Below are positions 9,611 through 20,237 of a stretch of DNA of 64,000 bases, piece by piece. The stretch is taken from positions 73,081 through 137,080 of the forward strand of contig SHNJ01000007.1 in NCBI GenBank assembly GCA_004295055.1, read 5' to 3'. Under the pieces are notes generated by a model that ran no database searches, had not been told where the DNA came from, and worked only from the letters and a program-made list of their open reading frames with translations. Made by a program: the position numbers and the translations under genes. Every line of letters starts with the position of its first letter. The stretch's first letter is position 1. This DNA comes from Alphaproteobacteria bacterium. Lineage in GTDB: Bacteria > Pseudomonadota > Alphaproteobacteria > SHNJ01.

Positions 9611-10126
9611 TTAACCAATAACGTGTTGAACGGAATATTTGTTGTTTGAAAGCACGAATTGGCGGGCAATCCGGCGGACGCTGTCGACCAGAATAGGGGC
9701 GCGATGGTTGATCGACATGGTAATACCTTGGCCTGGCGCCAGGGTACGGATAGTAATGACAAACATAACTATCAAATCTGGTTTTTGAATGCCTAAGCTG
9801 TCGGCGGCCTCTTTTAAATCTTCGGCATCGATCGGCGCCGTATCGGGATCGGTCGGCAATACAATAAAAGACAGGCGAGGTTCCGCCAAACACTGTAATA
9901 AATTGAATTGGGGCATGTTCGGTAAATTAGCCAGGCCAAATTCATGCACATCCGGAAAACCAACAATGCCAACTGGGAAATTGATTGCCAAGCTGCGATC
10001 ATATTCAAAGGTGCCAAGGTTGTTGGTAATCCGTACCAAATTCGGATTATCCGAACTCGATTCGGTTATGGCCGGCGGGGCGGGATCATTTGGGGCCATT
10101 TGGGTTGCACATCCTTGGTTAAACAT
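9611..10126 (-). CDS. fliW: Flagellar assembly factor FliW
   Basis: FliW-like core (LAINFPVGIVGFPDVHEFGL, FIVLP), size about 150-170 aa, located immediately downstream of flgL. Confidence 0.75.
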   Translation of the reverse strand: MFNQGCATQMAPNDPAPPAITESSSDNPNLVRITNNLGTFEYDRSLAINFPVGIVGFPDVHEFGLANLPNMPQFNLLQCLAEPRLSFIVLPTDPDTAPIDAEDLKEAADSLGIQKPDLIVMFVITIRTLAPGQGITMSINHRAPILVDSVRRIARQFVLSNNKYSVQHVIG

Positions 10127-10146
10127 AACGATGCTCCATATTAAAA

Positions 10147-11154
10147 TTAACGCAGGAAGTTCACAAGACTTACCTGATTCAGACGGGAAATAGTCATGTA
10201 AGAAGCCTCCAGCTGTGTCTGTTCTGCACTAAGCTTGGCCATGGTTTCTGGAATATCGGCTGCTTGCAAGTCTTGAACCAGATCTTCGATTTTGCCCAAA
10301 TACGCGCCATGCGTGTCTTTGGTATCTAATAACATGCGGCCTTGAGCGCCGATGGTTGCCCTGGTATCGGCCAGACTGCCGATCACCGTAGTCATAATGG
10401 TCGAAGCCCCTTCCAGGCGGTCATGTTGTTCCGCGGTTGGCGCTGCGCCAATAGTGGCTGCCAAACGCAAAGCATAAATCAATTGGGCAAAAGCCGGATT
10501 TGAAGCGGTTGTACCGATGGATACAGATAAATTGTCATCCGCGCGCACAGTTTGTGTTGCGGTATTGCCCATATAGTAACCGAAATATTCGGATGTAGCG
10601 TTTGCACCGATGGTTACTGGAAAAGTGGTCGGTGTAGCGGGCAATGTCGGTACGGTATAAGCGTTCGGAGCGTTGAAATTGGTTGGAATAGGCATTGGCG
10701 CGCCCCAACGAGTGGTGTCTACGGGGCGTGTATTGGTCATGCTGCCGGCAAATAAATATTGGCCGTCCACCTGTTTGTTTAGCGTGCTTTGCAAGCTATC
10801 CAGCATGGACTGTGCTTGGGTAGATAAAGAAATCAAGTCGGCATTGTTGGCATTTAAAGCGCCAGTCAATAATGTTTTAAATTGTTCGGCTATACCTTGG
10901 ATGCTGGTCATCGACGCATCGAATTCGTCAATTTTTCTGTCCGCTATGGTAATATTGTCTTGATATCGTTTGATACGCATGTAACTGTTTTCAAGACTCA
11001 GTGCCTGATTGGCGGAAGAGGCAATATCGGAATAGGTTTCACCTTTACGTCCGGTGGCGGCTTGAATCTGCAATGCGGATACACGCGCTTGCGAGTTTTG
11101 AATCAGCAAGTTAATGCTGGTAAATTTTGAATAATCGCCGACACGGAAAGCCAT
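10147..11154 (-). CDS. flgL: Flagellar hook-associated protein 3 FlgL
   Basis: Flagellin-family N-terminal helix and C-terminal LSRLNQVSLVNFLR; follows flgK. Confidence 0.8.
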   Translation of the reverse strand: MAFRVGDYSKFTSINLLIQNSQARVSALQIQAATGRKGETYSDIASSANQALSLENSYMRIKRYQDNITIADRKIDEFDASMTSIQGIAEQFKTLLTGALNANNADLISLSTQAQSMLDSLQSTLNKQVDGQYLFAGSMTNTRPVDTTRWGAPMPIPTNFNAPNAYTVPTLPATPTTFPVTIGANATSEYFGYYMGNTATQTVRADDNLSVSIGTTASNPAFAQLIYALRLAATIGAAPTAEQHDRLEGASTIMTTVIGSLADTRATIGAQGRMLLDTKDTHGAYLGKIEDLVQDLQAADIPETMAKLSAEQTQLEASYMTISRLNQVSLVNFLR

Positions 11155-11335
11155 GATACTACCTCATTAAGGCTGCGGTAAAAGTCATTTTTGGTTTAGT
11201 TAAAGACGAATTCTTGGAAACATCGCAATTGTCCGCTGGTTTATTGTCAATCAATTCATCCGACAGAAAATTGCGTTTATATAAAGAATAGCTGGCCATT
11301 TTTGTTTTTTTATTCATGATCGTACCCTCCTGTCA

Positions 11336-13102
11336 TTATCCAAGAATTCTGGTTAGTTCATCGAACATTTGGTTAACCGTACGAATTACCTGTGCCGATG
11401 CATTGTATGCATTTTCTAAAACCACCATATTCGACATCTCTTCATCGATGCTTACGCCGCTTTCGCTGCCGATGCGTTTGTCCAGATTGTCAATGGTGGT
11501 TTGCGAAATATCGTAATCGGAATTGGCTGTTGAAGCGAGGCTGGCGTTAAATGAAATTAATGCGGCACTGAAATTGCCTATGGTGTTAGTCATTGCGGGC
11601 ATGCCGCCAACCGCAGAGAATGAGTATTGTGTAGTAAATACTGCGGCAAGACGTTGTGCGACCGATCCATCGCCAGGCGCGACGCCGTTTTCGCCAACAA
11701 CTGCGGTTAAAGATAAATCGCCGCGCGAGATATAGCCTGGGTTGGAAACCAAGGTTGGATTTACGGCCAAAGACAATGCTAAATCCCCATTTACCGCAGG
11801 ATTGTCTGTGCCGGTAAAAAAGTCATTTAGCCCAAAATACTGGGACAAGCCCTGGCCAGTTGCGCCGACTTGGCCGGTATTTTCATTGATTGCAACGCCG
11901 TTTGCCGCATTGGTGGCTTGGATTACTATTTGGCCGCTGGCATTAATAGTGCAAGTGCCGTCCGGACCAAGGGCGGCGTTAATAGCGGTAGTTACCGCGC
12001 CCACGGTCGATGCGACGGCTGGTAAGTTATAATCGACCACACGGACGATTGCACCGGTTGCATCGGTAATCGCAATACGAACCGCGCCAGTACTGGCGGG
12101 AAAAACTGTACCGGCGGCAAGTCCGCTTTGGGTGCCTGTTAAAGTACGTTGGGCCGGAACGCAGGTGCCATCATTGTGTACCGCATTCACGCGATCACGC
12201 AGAGCCAAGGCCATGGTGTCCAATTGGGCCATATAGTTCGGCAAAGTGGTATCGCGCAGAGTAATTAAAGATTTTAATTTGCCATTGGTGACTCGAGAAG
12301 TCAGATCGCCAACGCCACCGATGGTAATCGCACCAAAAGTAGTAGATGGGCTAACTACGGCTGCTGGGGTATAAGCGACTGTTTGTACCGTATCGCCAAC
12401 AAGATTATATCCGCCAATCGTGACCATGGTTCTGCCGTCACTGCGCGTATAGGTGGCAACGTCTACCAATTCGGCTAATTCGCGAATGGCTTGATCGCGG
12501 CGATCTTGGGCATCGGTAACGGACGAACCGCCAGCTGTGGTGTTGATGCCTTGCACGATTTGGTCGTTTAGATCATCGATTTGTGTTGCCAATTCATTAA
12601 TTCTACTAATGGTCGTACCGATTTCTTGGTCTGACTGGCCACGCAAATTGTTGGTGCTGGTTGCCATGGAATTGATTTGACGGGCCATGCGTACGGCGTC
12701 GTTCACCGTATCGGCTTGAGTTTGTGTATTTTGTGGTGTCGCGCCTAAGGCCTCGAACGAAGCGGCAAGGCGGCCGATATTGGCATTAATCGCATTTGCG
12801 GAACCGGGTGTGCCGAAGCTGTCTTGCACGCGAGCTAAATAAGTGCTTTGCACATTGCTTAAACCCATACGGCTCATTTGGCTGCGAAGTTCCCTGGCCA
12901 AACCATCATTGACCCGGCGCGTAACGCCAGCAATATCAACGCCGCCACCAATGCCGTTGGCGGTACGGCTCATTTGCTGAACGATTTTGCGGGTATATCC
13001 AGGGGTATTTACGTTAGAAATATTGTTCGACGTCACCGCCAAGCCGAACTGATTCAAGTTCATGCCGGAAAGAGCATTGCGCATGGCGAGGGTGAGTGAC
13101 AT
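11336..13102 (-). CDS. flgK: Flagellar hook-associated protein 1 FlgK
   Basis: N-terminal MSLTLAMRNALSGMNLNQFGLAVTSNNISNVNTPGYTRK rod/hook family motif and C-terminal MVVLENAYNASAQVIRT. Confidence 0.9.
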   Translation of the reverse strand: MSLTLAMRNALSGMNLNQFGLAVTSNNISNVNTPGYTRKIVQQMSRTANGIGGGVDIAGVTRRVNDGLARELRSQMSRMGLSNVQSTYLARVQDSFGTPGSANAINANIGRLAASFEALGATPQNTQTQADTVNDAVRMARQINSMATSTNNLRGQSDQEIGTTISRINELATQIDDLNDQIVQGINTTAGGSSVTDAQDRRDQAIRELAELVDVATYTRSDGRTMVTIGGYNLVGDTVQTVAYTPAAVVSPSTTFGAITIGGVGDLTSRVTNGKLKSLITLRDTTLPNYMAQLDTMALALRDRVNAVHNDGTCVPAQRTLTGTQSGLAAGTVFPASTGAVRIAITDATGAIVRVVDYNLPAVASTVGAVTTAINAALGPDGTCTINASGQIVIQATNAANGVAINENTGQVGATGQGLSQYFGLNDFFTGTDNPAVNGDLALSLAVNPTLVSNPGYISRGDLSLTAVVGENGVAPGDGSVAQRLAAVFTTQYSFSAVGGMPAMTNTIGNFSAALISFNASLASTANSDYDISQTTIDNLDKRIGSESGVSIDEEMSNMVVLENAYNASAQVIRTVNQMFDELTRILG

Positions 13103-13129
13103 AGGAGCGATCCTTTTCCTAAATTAATC

Positions 13130-13594
13130 CTATAAGCGTTGGTCCAAAGTAACCGACAACGCTTCCTTATTGCCTTTGCCGGCATTGGCAGTAACCGTGG
13201 CCGGGTTGCTGTAGCCGCGTGTGCTAGAAACTTGTTCAATTGCAGCGTCGCGAATTGCCTCAAGAACGCGCAAATTAATGTGTCTTGCGGCCGTCAATAA
13301 ATGGATATTCTCACTGGCGGCTTCATCGAAACGGGCAGCCAGATCGTTCAATAATGCTTTCTGATCCTGGCTGATCGATGCAACTACGGCAGGATTTTCA
13401 CGCAAAACGCGAATCTGATTTTCATAGGCAAAGCTTAGACGGGCTTTTTCGCTTTGCAGGCCGCCGGCAGTGTTATATTTACGGTCCTTCAGCAGGGCAT
13501 TTTCTTCACTGATAACGTGAATTAACTGTTCGCTTACGCCGATCAGCATATCGATAAAATCGCTTTTATTTTCCACGGCTATGGTTTGGGTCAT
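13130..13594 (-). CDS. Putative flagellar export chaperone (FlgN-like), low confidence
   Basis: Small helical protein sandwiched between flgJ and flgK and translationally coupled to flgJ; assignment by position and composition only. Confidence 0.3.
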   Translation of the reverse strand: MTQTIAVENKSDFIDMLIGVSEQLIHVISEENALLKDRKYNTAGGLQSEKARLSFAYENQIRVLRENPAVVASISQDQKALLNDLAARFDEAASENIHLLTAARHINLRVLEAIRDAAIEQVSSTRGYSNPATVTANAGKGNKEALSVTLDQRL

Positions 13595-13905
13595 TTTGCC
13601 GCTCCTTGAATTTTGATCATTTCTTTCAAGATTGCATCGCTAATGCCAAGTCCGCCTTTTTGGCTCATGGCGTTGGCATATTCTTGAACCATCATCGAAC
13701 GAAACATATCTTCGCCATGTCCGCCGCCAAATTGGCTATTGGTTTTGATACCGGCAAACATTTGTTGCATCATTTCATTCAAAAATACCGATTCAAAATC
13801 CTGCGCGGCTTTTTTCATTGCCGGCAGATTTTTAGGCGCTGCTTCCGGCAATTTCGCTTCCGGGCGCATCATATCGGCTGTGGTGGCGGGTAAAGCGATA
13901 TCCAT
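13591..13905 (-). CDS. flgJ: Flagellar rod-binding protein (FlgJ N-terminal domain only / CheL-like)
   Basis: AAQDFESVFLNEMMQQMF rod-binding motif; no muramidase domain, as in alphaproteobacteria. Confidence 0.75.
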   Translation of the reverse strand: MDIALPATTADMMRPEAKLPEAAPKNLPAMKKAAQDFESVFLNEMMQQMFAGIKTNSQFGGGHGEDMFRSMMVQEYANAMSQKGGLGISDAILKEMIKIQGAAK

Positions 13906-15035
13906 TACATTACCTCGATATCGGCTTGCATCGCGCCAGCGGCTTTGATGGCTTGCAGAATGCTGATCATATCGCGTGGACCAATGCCAAGAGCATTCAG
14001 GCCGACCACTAAATCTTGAATCGATATACCGGCGCGCATAATGGTCATGCGTTTTTCCGAATCGTCGTCGACTTCAATCTTGGTGCGGTCAACCGTAGTG
14101 GTTTCCCCGGTTTCGGAAAAAGCGTTCGGTTGGGATACTTGCGGTGTTTCTGTAATTTTGATGGTTAGATTGCCTTGGGCGATTGCAACGGTGTTGATGC
14201 GCACATTTTCACCCATAACGATAATGCCGGATTGTTCATCAATCACGACGCGGGCTAATTGATCCGGTGCAATACGCAATTGTTCAATGTCGGTAATAAA
14301 GGCGACGGAATCTTTTTGGTATTTTTCCGGAACTTCAATAACGATAGTGCCAGGATCATTGGCTTTGGCGGCTTGCGCGCCAACGAAGCTGTTGATCGCT
14401 TCGGCAACCCGGCTGGAGGTGGTGAAGTCCGGATTACGCAAAGCAATTTTTAAAGTCTGCAATTCTTTCATTTGGAATGGCAATTCGCGTTCGATGATCG
14501 CGCCATTGGCAATACGGCCGTTGGTTGGCACGCCGCGCGTTACGCTGCCGCCTTTGCCTTCGGCGGTAAAACCGCCAGCGGCAATTTGGCCTTGAGATAC
14601 GGCGTAGACTTCGCCATCAGCGCCAAGCAGGGGTGTAACCATCAAAGTGCCACCCAGTAAACTTTTAGCATCGCCAATAGTGGCGACCGTAATATCAATT
14701 CGGCTGCCTTGACGGGAAAATGGGGGCAGGGTTGCGGTAACCATGACCGCGGCAACGTTTTTGGTTTTCAAGGCATCGTCCCGGGCGTTGATGCCAAGAC
14801 GTTCCAACATACCGATCAAGCTTTCTTTGGTGAATACAGAAGATGTAAGCGAATCGCCGGTGCCGTTCAAACCGACAACAAGTCCGTAACCGACGAGCAT
14901 ATTGTCGCGAACGCCTTCAAAATCGGCGATATCTTTGATGCGGGACATGGCGGCAACCGGGCTTGCAGGCATAAGGCAAGCGATCAGAGCGACCGATAGA
15001 ATGATTTTTCTGCGAATTTCCCCAAAACTAAACAT
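13905..15035 (-). CDS. flgI: Flagellar P-ring protein FlgI
   Basis: Signal peptide, IKDIADFEGVRDNMLVGYGLVVGLNGTGD and full-length FlgI pattern. Confidence 0.92.
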   Translation of the reverse strand: MFSFGEIRRKIILSVALIACLMPASPVAAMSRIKDIADFEGVRDNMLVGYGLVVGLNGTGDSLTSSVFTKESLIGMLERLGINARDDALKTKNVAAVMVTATLPPFSRQGSRIDITVATIGDAKSLLGGTLMVTPLLGADGEVYAVSQGQIAAGGFTAEGKGGSVTRGVPTNGRIANGAIIERELPFQMKELQTLKIALRNPDFTTSSRVAEAINSFVGAQAAKANDPGTIVIEVPEKYQKDSVAFITDIEQLRIAPDQLARVVIDEQSGIIVMGENVRINTVAIAQGNLTIKITETPQVSQPNAFSETGETTTVDRTKIEVDDDSEKRMTIMRAGISIQDLVVGLNALGIGPRDMISILQAIKAAGAMQADIEVM

Positions 15036-15085
15036 GTCTCGACTCGCTTTCTTTCGTTAAAAGCTGTTGAATCATTATTATTGCT

Positions 15086-15101
15086 TGCGAAGATCGTGCC
15101 A
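15086..15101 (-). promoter_or_regulatory. Candidate sigma54 (-24/-12) promoter for flgI: TGGCAC-N5-TCGCA on the minus strand
   Basis: Reverse complement of 15086-15101 reads TGGCACGATCTTCGCA; about 40-nt leader to the flgI ATG. Confidence 0.45.
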
Positions 15102-15323
15102 AAATAAGTTATTGTTAAATATAGGTTTTTTGTTTGTTTTATAGCAAAATTAGGGTAAGAGGTGCCTTGGGTGGGCAAAAAATTCCCAGTCTATATCAAG
15201 GATTTAGATGTTGATTTGGCGTTGCATAATTATTGAATTTGGCCGGATTGGGGACATATTTATCTGGTATGGTATAGTAGCTAGTGTAAAACTCCGATAT
15301 TCTATTAAAGTTCAGCGTAGTTC

Positions 15324-15746
15324 ATGAAAATCAAATCGACGGATTCCGTCAGTTCCAGTGTTGGCGTTCGCAAAGCCGGCAAGACCAAGTCTGCCGGAGG
15401 CAGCAGTTTTGCCAGCCATTTGCAGGAAACCGAAGAAACGCAGGGCGTGATGTCCACGTCCGCGGTAAGCAATGTTGATTCATTGCTTTCATTGCAGGCT
15501 ATGGGATCTTCGACGGATAAAAACACCAAAGCCAGGCAGCATGGAGAAGAGGTTCTGGATGTGCTAGAGCGCGTATTGCACGATTTGTTGGCTGGCGGCG
15601 TGCCCGTTTCGCGTTTGCGAAATCTAGCGGATATGATGCAACGCCAACGGGAATACGCTGGCGTTAGCCCTAAAATGCTTGAAATCATCGATGAAATTGA
15701 AACGCGGGCTTTGGTGGAATTGGCCAAATTGGAAGCCTATTTATAA
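15324..15746 (+). CDS. fliX: FliX-like flagellar regulatory/assembly protein (divergent from flgI as in Caulobacter)
   Basis: Ser/Gly-rich N-terminal half, conserved C-terminal helical region ending EIETRALVELAKLEAYL; divergent arrangement with flgI; family call from memory only. Confidence 0.45.
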   Translation: MKIKSTDSVSSSVGVRKAGKTKSAGGSSFASHLQETEETQGVMSTSAVSNVDSLLSLQAMGSSTDKNTKARQHGEEVLDVLERVLHDLLAGGVPVSRLRNLADMMQRQREYAGVSPKMLEIIDEIETRALVELAKLEAYL

Positions 15747-15865
15747 GGCCTTTATTCTCAGATTTTATGGGCGGAAAACGATAAAGTTGTGAATCGTTCT
15801 AAACATTTTCCCTTGAACTGGCTTTATTCGAACCCTATATTTTCCAGATCTTTAATCCTGTTAGG

Positions 15866-16321
15866 ATGTTTATGATGACCGCAAAACCGCAAACCGCTGT
15901 AATGACCTTGGCTCCGGATTACAAACCATCGACCAAGGAAGAATATATGTGTCCGGCGCATTTGGAATATTTCCGCCGCAAGTTGATCGCGTGGAAAGAG
16001 GAAATTTTGCGCGAATCAAAACAGACTCTGCATCATATTCAGGAAGAAAGTTTACAGCAGCCGGATATTACCGACCGCGCTTCGCTGGAAACCGATATGG
16101 CGCTGGAATTGCGCACCCGCGATCGCGAACGCAAGCTGATTTCTAAAATCGATGCGGCGATGGAGCGTATCGAGCAGGGCGAATATGGCTATTGCGAAGA
16201 AACCGGTGCGCCAATCGGCTTGGCCCGACTAGAGGCTCGTCCGATAGCCACCTTGTGCCTTGAAGCGCAAGAGAGTCACGAGAAATACGAACGTACCCAT
16301 CGCGACGAAGATAAAGAATAA
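15866..16321 (+). CDS. dksA: DksA/TraR-family RNA-polymerase-binding transcription factor
   Basis: Coiled-coil plus C-terminal GEYGYCEETGAPIGLARLEARPIATLCLEAQ DksA finger region. Confidence 0.8.
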   Translation: MFMMTAKPQTAVMTLAPDYKPSTKEEYMCPAHLEYFRRKLIAWKEEILRESKQTLHHIQEESLQQPDITDRASLETDMALELRTRDRERKLISKIDAAMERIEQGEYGYCEETGAPIGLARLEARPIATLCLEAQESHEKYERTHRDEDKE

Positions 16322-16349
16322 TTCTTATATATTCAAGAAAAGTGCCAGG

Positions 16350-18902
16350 TTATGCGTTTGGCAATAGATGCTTGTTGAGGATTTTCTCTACGGTGGCTAG
16401 TTGCACTGGCTTGCTGATGTAATCATCCATTCCGGCATTCAGGGATTTTTCGCGATCGCCTTCTAATGCATCTGCGGTTAAGGCAATAATTGGGTGACGT
16501 TTAGATTGATTTTCCCTTTCTTTCGATCGGATAAGGTTCGTGGCCTGAAAGCCATCCATTTCCGGCATATGAAAATCCATAAAAATTAAATAATAATCTT
16601 TTTTCAGAAACATATCGACCGCTTCGACGCCATTGCTAGCCACATCGGTATTGCATCCGAATTTGGCCAGTACGCTTCGCATCAGCATTTGATTGATGGC
16701 CATGTCCTCGACTACCAGAATATTGCGATTCTGAAATTGGAGAATGTTGTTTTTGCGTTTTTCAGAAAGACGTGGATCCTGAAAAATGCTTTTAATAAAA
16801 TTACGTGTGATGAAATCAGTTGGTTTATTGCTGCTGATTCTGTCCCAAATTAAAATAATGGTTTGCTGAATTTCGGTGGGGTAATAAGGTTTAGTTAACA
16901 TTCCGGCAAATCCGATGGATGACAATTCCTGTTGATTTCCAGCATAAAGATGGGAAGTTAATAGAATTAAGGCTGTATTTTTGATTTTAGGGTTGGCTTT
17001 TATTCTTTGGGCAAGGGTTTTTCCGTCCTGATCCGGCATACGGTAATCTAGAAGGGCAATGTGATATGGCTCGCCTTTGTCCGCCATTGTTATAAGTTCT
17101 TGATAAGCGGCTTCGGAACTATTAACCGCATTGTGGAAAATATTCCAGTTATGACAATAGGCCGCTAAAATATCCGCACTAACAGGATAATCGTCGACAA
17201 TTAGTAAGCGTACAGAAGATATATCTTTTTTCTCCAGTATGAAACCGCTGGTTTCCTTGGCGCCAGGCGCGTTGCTGGCTATGGTAAATGGGATAGTAAG
17301 ACTAAAAGTGGATCCTTCTCCGAATCTGCTGTTTGCAACAATATCGCCACCCATCATCTCGGTTAATTTCTTGCAAATGGTTAACCCCAAACCACTTCCA
17401 CCAAACCGGCGGGTGGTAGATGCCTCGGCTTGGCTGAAAACAGTAAAAATATGGTCTATTTTATCTGGTGAAATGCCGATACCGCTGTCTTTAATTTCAA
17501 AAGTGATAGAGACTTTTTCCTGATCAATGGATTTTGTTTTTATTTCCAATAAAACATAACCCTCCAAGGTAAATTTCAATGCATTACCGAGCAGGTTGAG
17601 CAGTATTTGCCTGACGCGTACAGGGTCGCCAATCAAATTTTCAGGAATCTCGTTGCTGGCATACATTAATAATTCAAGATTCTTTTCTTTGGCCGTAACA
17701 GCCAAAAGATCCATGCATTCTTCAATGATTTTGGATAGGCTGAATGGAATGGATTCTAAGGTAAATTTACCGGCTTCGATTTTGGTAAAATCCATAATAT
17801 CATTGATTAATGTAAGCAAGGAATCGCCGGACCGGCCGACTATTTCCGCCCAGCGCCGCTGTTCTTCGTCCAAATCGCTGTCTAGGAGTAAAGAAGTCAT
17901 GCCTATGACAGCATTCATTGGCGTTCGTATTTCATGGCTCATATTGGCTAGAAATTCGGATTTCGCCGCGCTTGCTTTTAATAATAAGGTATTGGTGGCA
18001 GCCAGTGTTCTGACCGTTTGGTATAACATTATTAGAATAGCAGTGACGTAGCAGATCAAGACTAAAGATAGTAGAAATAAACCAATATTATAAAATACTT
18101 CTGCATTGCGGGCAATGTCCGATCTTTGTGCAATTAGAGAGTTTAGTTCATTCAATAAGTCCTTATTTTCTGGAGCTAATAATTGTTTGGTCAAGTGCAG
18201 AACATCCACATGAGCATTAAGAATAATTCTGATATGTTTTGCCATATATTCCAAACTTTTCTGGTCATCGACAGATAAGCGATAAGGAAAGTGGTCTATA
18301 TTTTTAAGCGCCTGCTCTACATCGAGTCTGCTTTGCTCTTCCCCATCAATGAGGAATAGTAAAGTTGCCTGGTATAGCGCATCGATTTGAAACGCGGCGT
18401 TATGCTGGTTCTTTTTATGTAGGGCCACATCAAGTTCTTGATATATCGTGGGCATATATTTGGCGGAGTTGCGCAGAATGGCATTTTTCGCCTTGAATTC
18501 TTCTAAGGTAGCTTTGCGGACATTATTAAATTCAATATATTTTTCAATGCCGGATTTTATAGACTGTCCAATAATCTGATATTGGCGAGAGTTATATGGA
18601 GATGGGAGAAGAAAGGAAGCGGATATTTGGTTGGTGGTCTCGATTTCTTCTTGAACGACCAGTGATGTTTCATTAATTGCCTGGGATAGGTGTACTAAAC
18701 TATCATAGTTATTCAATAGATTGTTCTTTGCCAATAAAATATTTTCATTCAACTCCGAATTCAAGCTTCGTAGAGTTAGCAACTCATTAAATATGGCAGA
18801 GTAAATATTTCTGGATGACCAATAAGATTGGTAGAAAAAGAAGCAGACCCCGGCGGCCAGGATTGAAATGAAGAAAAAATGCCTTTGAAGGGAATGTTTC
18901 AT
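16350..18902 (-). CDS. Hybrid sensor histidine kinase with periplasmic sensor domain (2 TM), HisKA/HATPase core and two C-terminal receiver domains
   Basis: H-box [21 protein letters not shown]-box motifs, two REC domains ([14 protein letters not shown]... and [13 protein letters not shown]...DFHMPEMDG); AT-rich codon usage. Confidence 0.85.
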   Translation of the reverse strand: MKHSLQRHFFFISILAAGVCFFFYQSYWSSRNIYSAIFNELLTLRSLNSELNENILLAKNNLLNNYDSLVHLSQAINETSLVVQEEIETTNQISASFLLPSPYNSRQYQIIGQSIKSGIEKYIEFNNVRKATLEEFKAKNAILRNSAKYMPTIYQELDVALHKKNQHNAAFQIDALYQATLLFLIDGEEQSRLDVEQALKNIDHFPYRLSVDDQKSLEYMAKHIRIILNAHVDVLHLTKQLLAPENKDLLNELNSLIAQRSDIARNAEVFYNIGLFLLSLVLICYVTAILIMLYQTVRTLAATNTLLLKASAAKSEFLANMSHEIRTPMNAVIGMTSLLLDSDLDEEQRRWAEIVGRSGDSLLTLINDIMDFTKIEAGKFTLESIPFSLSKIIEECMDLLAVTAKEKNLELLMYASNEIPENLIGDPVRVRQILLNLLGNALKFTLEGYVLLEIKTKSIDQEKVSITFEIKDSGIGISPDKIDHIFTVFSQAEASTTRRFGGSGLGLTICKKLTEMMGGDIVANSRFGEGSTFSLTIPFTIASNAPGAKETSGFILEKKDISSVRLLIVDDYPVSADILAAYCHNWNIFHNAVNSSEAAYQELITMADKGEPYHIALLDYRMPDQDGKTLAQRIKANPKIKNTALILLTSHLYAGNQQELSSIGFAGMLTKPYYPTEIQQTIILIWDRISSNKPTDFITRNFIKSIFQDPRLSEKRKNNILQFQNRNILVVEDMAINQMLMRSVLAKFGCNTDVASNGVEAVDMFLKKDYYLIFMDFHMPEMDGFQATNLIRSKERENQSKRHPIIALTADALEGDREKSLNAGMDDYISKPVQLATVEKILNKHLLPNA

Positions 18903-18904
18903 GA

Positions 18905-19867
18905 CTACTCTGGGACAGGCAATGTGCCAGTTAAAGTTTTAAGGAATTCAACCAGCTTGTGGCGTTCATCAGCCGATAAGGTGCGGCCCAGTTGGTATTT
19001 GGCCATAATATCGACCGCTTCTTCCAAGGTTTTAGCGGTACCATCGTGAAAATAAGGCGCCGTTTTATTTACATTGCGCAGTGATGGAACTTTAAATACA
19101 TATCGATCTTCTTCTCTATGAGTAACGTTAAAGCGTCCATTATCTTCCTGCGTTAAATTTCCACGATCTTTGAAGTAATCACCAACAATGCCGAATTTCT
19201 GGAACATATTGCCGCCGACATTTTCCCCCTGATGGCATGAAGAACATCCCAAATCTTTGAACAATTTATATCCCGCCTTGGCATCTGCAGAGATTGCAAG
19301 TTTCTTGCCCGTTAAGTATTGATCAAATGGCGAATTAATAGGAATAAGGGTGCGTTCGTAATTGGCGATAGCATCTTTGATATTCTTTTCTGTCGGGGGA
19401 GATTTATAAACTTCTCGGAATGCATCGGCATATTCCGGTATTGTTTTCAGCTTGGCAATAATATCGGGCCAAGTATTGCCCATTTCGTCTGGATTTAAAA
19501 TCGGCCCATTAATTTGTTCTTCTAAAGTCGCCGCGCGGCCGTCCCAGAATTGCGCTAAATTAAGTGCGCTGCCCCAAATCGTAGGTACATTGATAAGCAG
19601 GTTTTTTCCGCTTACGCCTTGGATCGGATAAGGTGCATTTAAAGCGCCGCTATTTGCGATATCGTGACAAGAGGAGCAAGAAAGTTTATCGTTCTTGGAC
19701 AGCCTTGGGTCATGGAATAACTTCTGGCCCAATTTTGCACGTCCATGATCCAGTCCTTTTATGGATGTGACGGGTTGAATAGGTTCATTGCTATAAGACG
19801 TGTGATCCAAACCCATGGCGCAGGAAGGAAACAATAAAAGACAAAGAATAAAGTAAATATAGCGCAT
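18905..19867 (-). CDS. Di-heme cytochrome c peroxidase (CCP/MauG family), secreted
   Basis: Signal peptide; two CXXCH motifs (CSSCHD, CSSCHQG), conserved FWDGRA and PYFHDG; stop overlaps the kinase start (ATGA). Confidence 0.85.
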   Translation of the reverse strand: MRYIYFILCLLLFPSCAMGLDHTSYSNEPIQPVTSIKGLDHGRAKLGQKLFHDPRLSKNDKLSCSSCHDIANSGALNAPYPIQGVSGKNLLINVPTIWGSALNLAQFWDGRAATLEEQINGPILNPDEMGNTWPDIIAKLKTIPEYADAFREVYKSPPTEKNIKDAIANYERTLIPINSPFDQYLTGKKLAISADAKAGYKLFKDLGCSSCHQGENVGGNMFQKFGIVGDYFKDRGNLTQEDNGRFNVTHREEDRYVFKVPSLRNVNKTAPYFHDGTAKTLEEAVDIMAKYQLGRTLSADERHKLVEFLKTLTGTLPVPE

Positions 19868-19895
19868 TATTTCAACAGGTTTGTTACAGGGAAAA

Positions 19896-20237
19896 TCATT
19901 CTGAGTTGTTGGTGCTGAGTAAGGCGGATTTAACCAGGCCGTATTCTTGTTCTAATAAACGGAGAATTTTTTGCTTTTCCTCCGGGCTGGTCATGTACTG
20001 ATCTTGCGCATTTTTGCATATATCTGCCAGTTTCTCAGCGCCAAGATTGAGGCTGATGCCTTTCCATGCGTGCGCATGGCGTTTCCATTGTTCGGCGTCA
20101 TTTGGGCCTGCAGTTTGCTGCAGATGACTTAGGCATTCTTCCGACGAATCTAGAAAAACATTGAACAATTGCTTTTCCAAATCGATATCGCCACCGGTTA
20201 ATTCCCTAAGATTGGATAAATTCAGAATTTGATTCAT
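19896..20237 (-). CDS. Histidine phosphotransfer (Hpt) domain protein
   Basis: HAHAWKGISLNLGAEKL matches the Hpt H-x-x-KG-S/A signature; 113 aa. Confidence 0.7.
   Translation of the reverse strand: MNQILNLSNLRELTGGDIDLEKQLFNVFLDSSEECLSHLQQTAGPNDAEQWKRHAHAWKGISLNLGAEKLADICKNAQDQYMTSPEEKQKILRLLEQEYGLVKSALLSTNNSE

Noticed and set aside
9606-9893. 95-aa minus-strand ORF overlapping the fliW 3' half in another frame, and the 134-aa plus-strand ORF 9789-10193
   Set aside because: Both overlap the fliW/flgL coding frames and have Arg/Cys-rich low-complexity translations.
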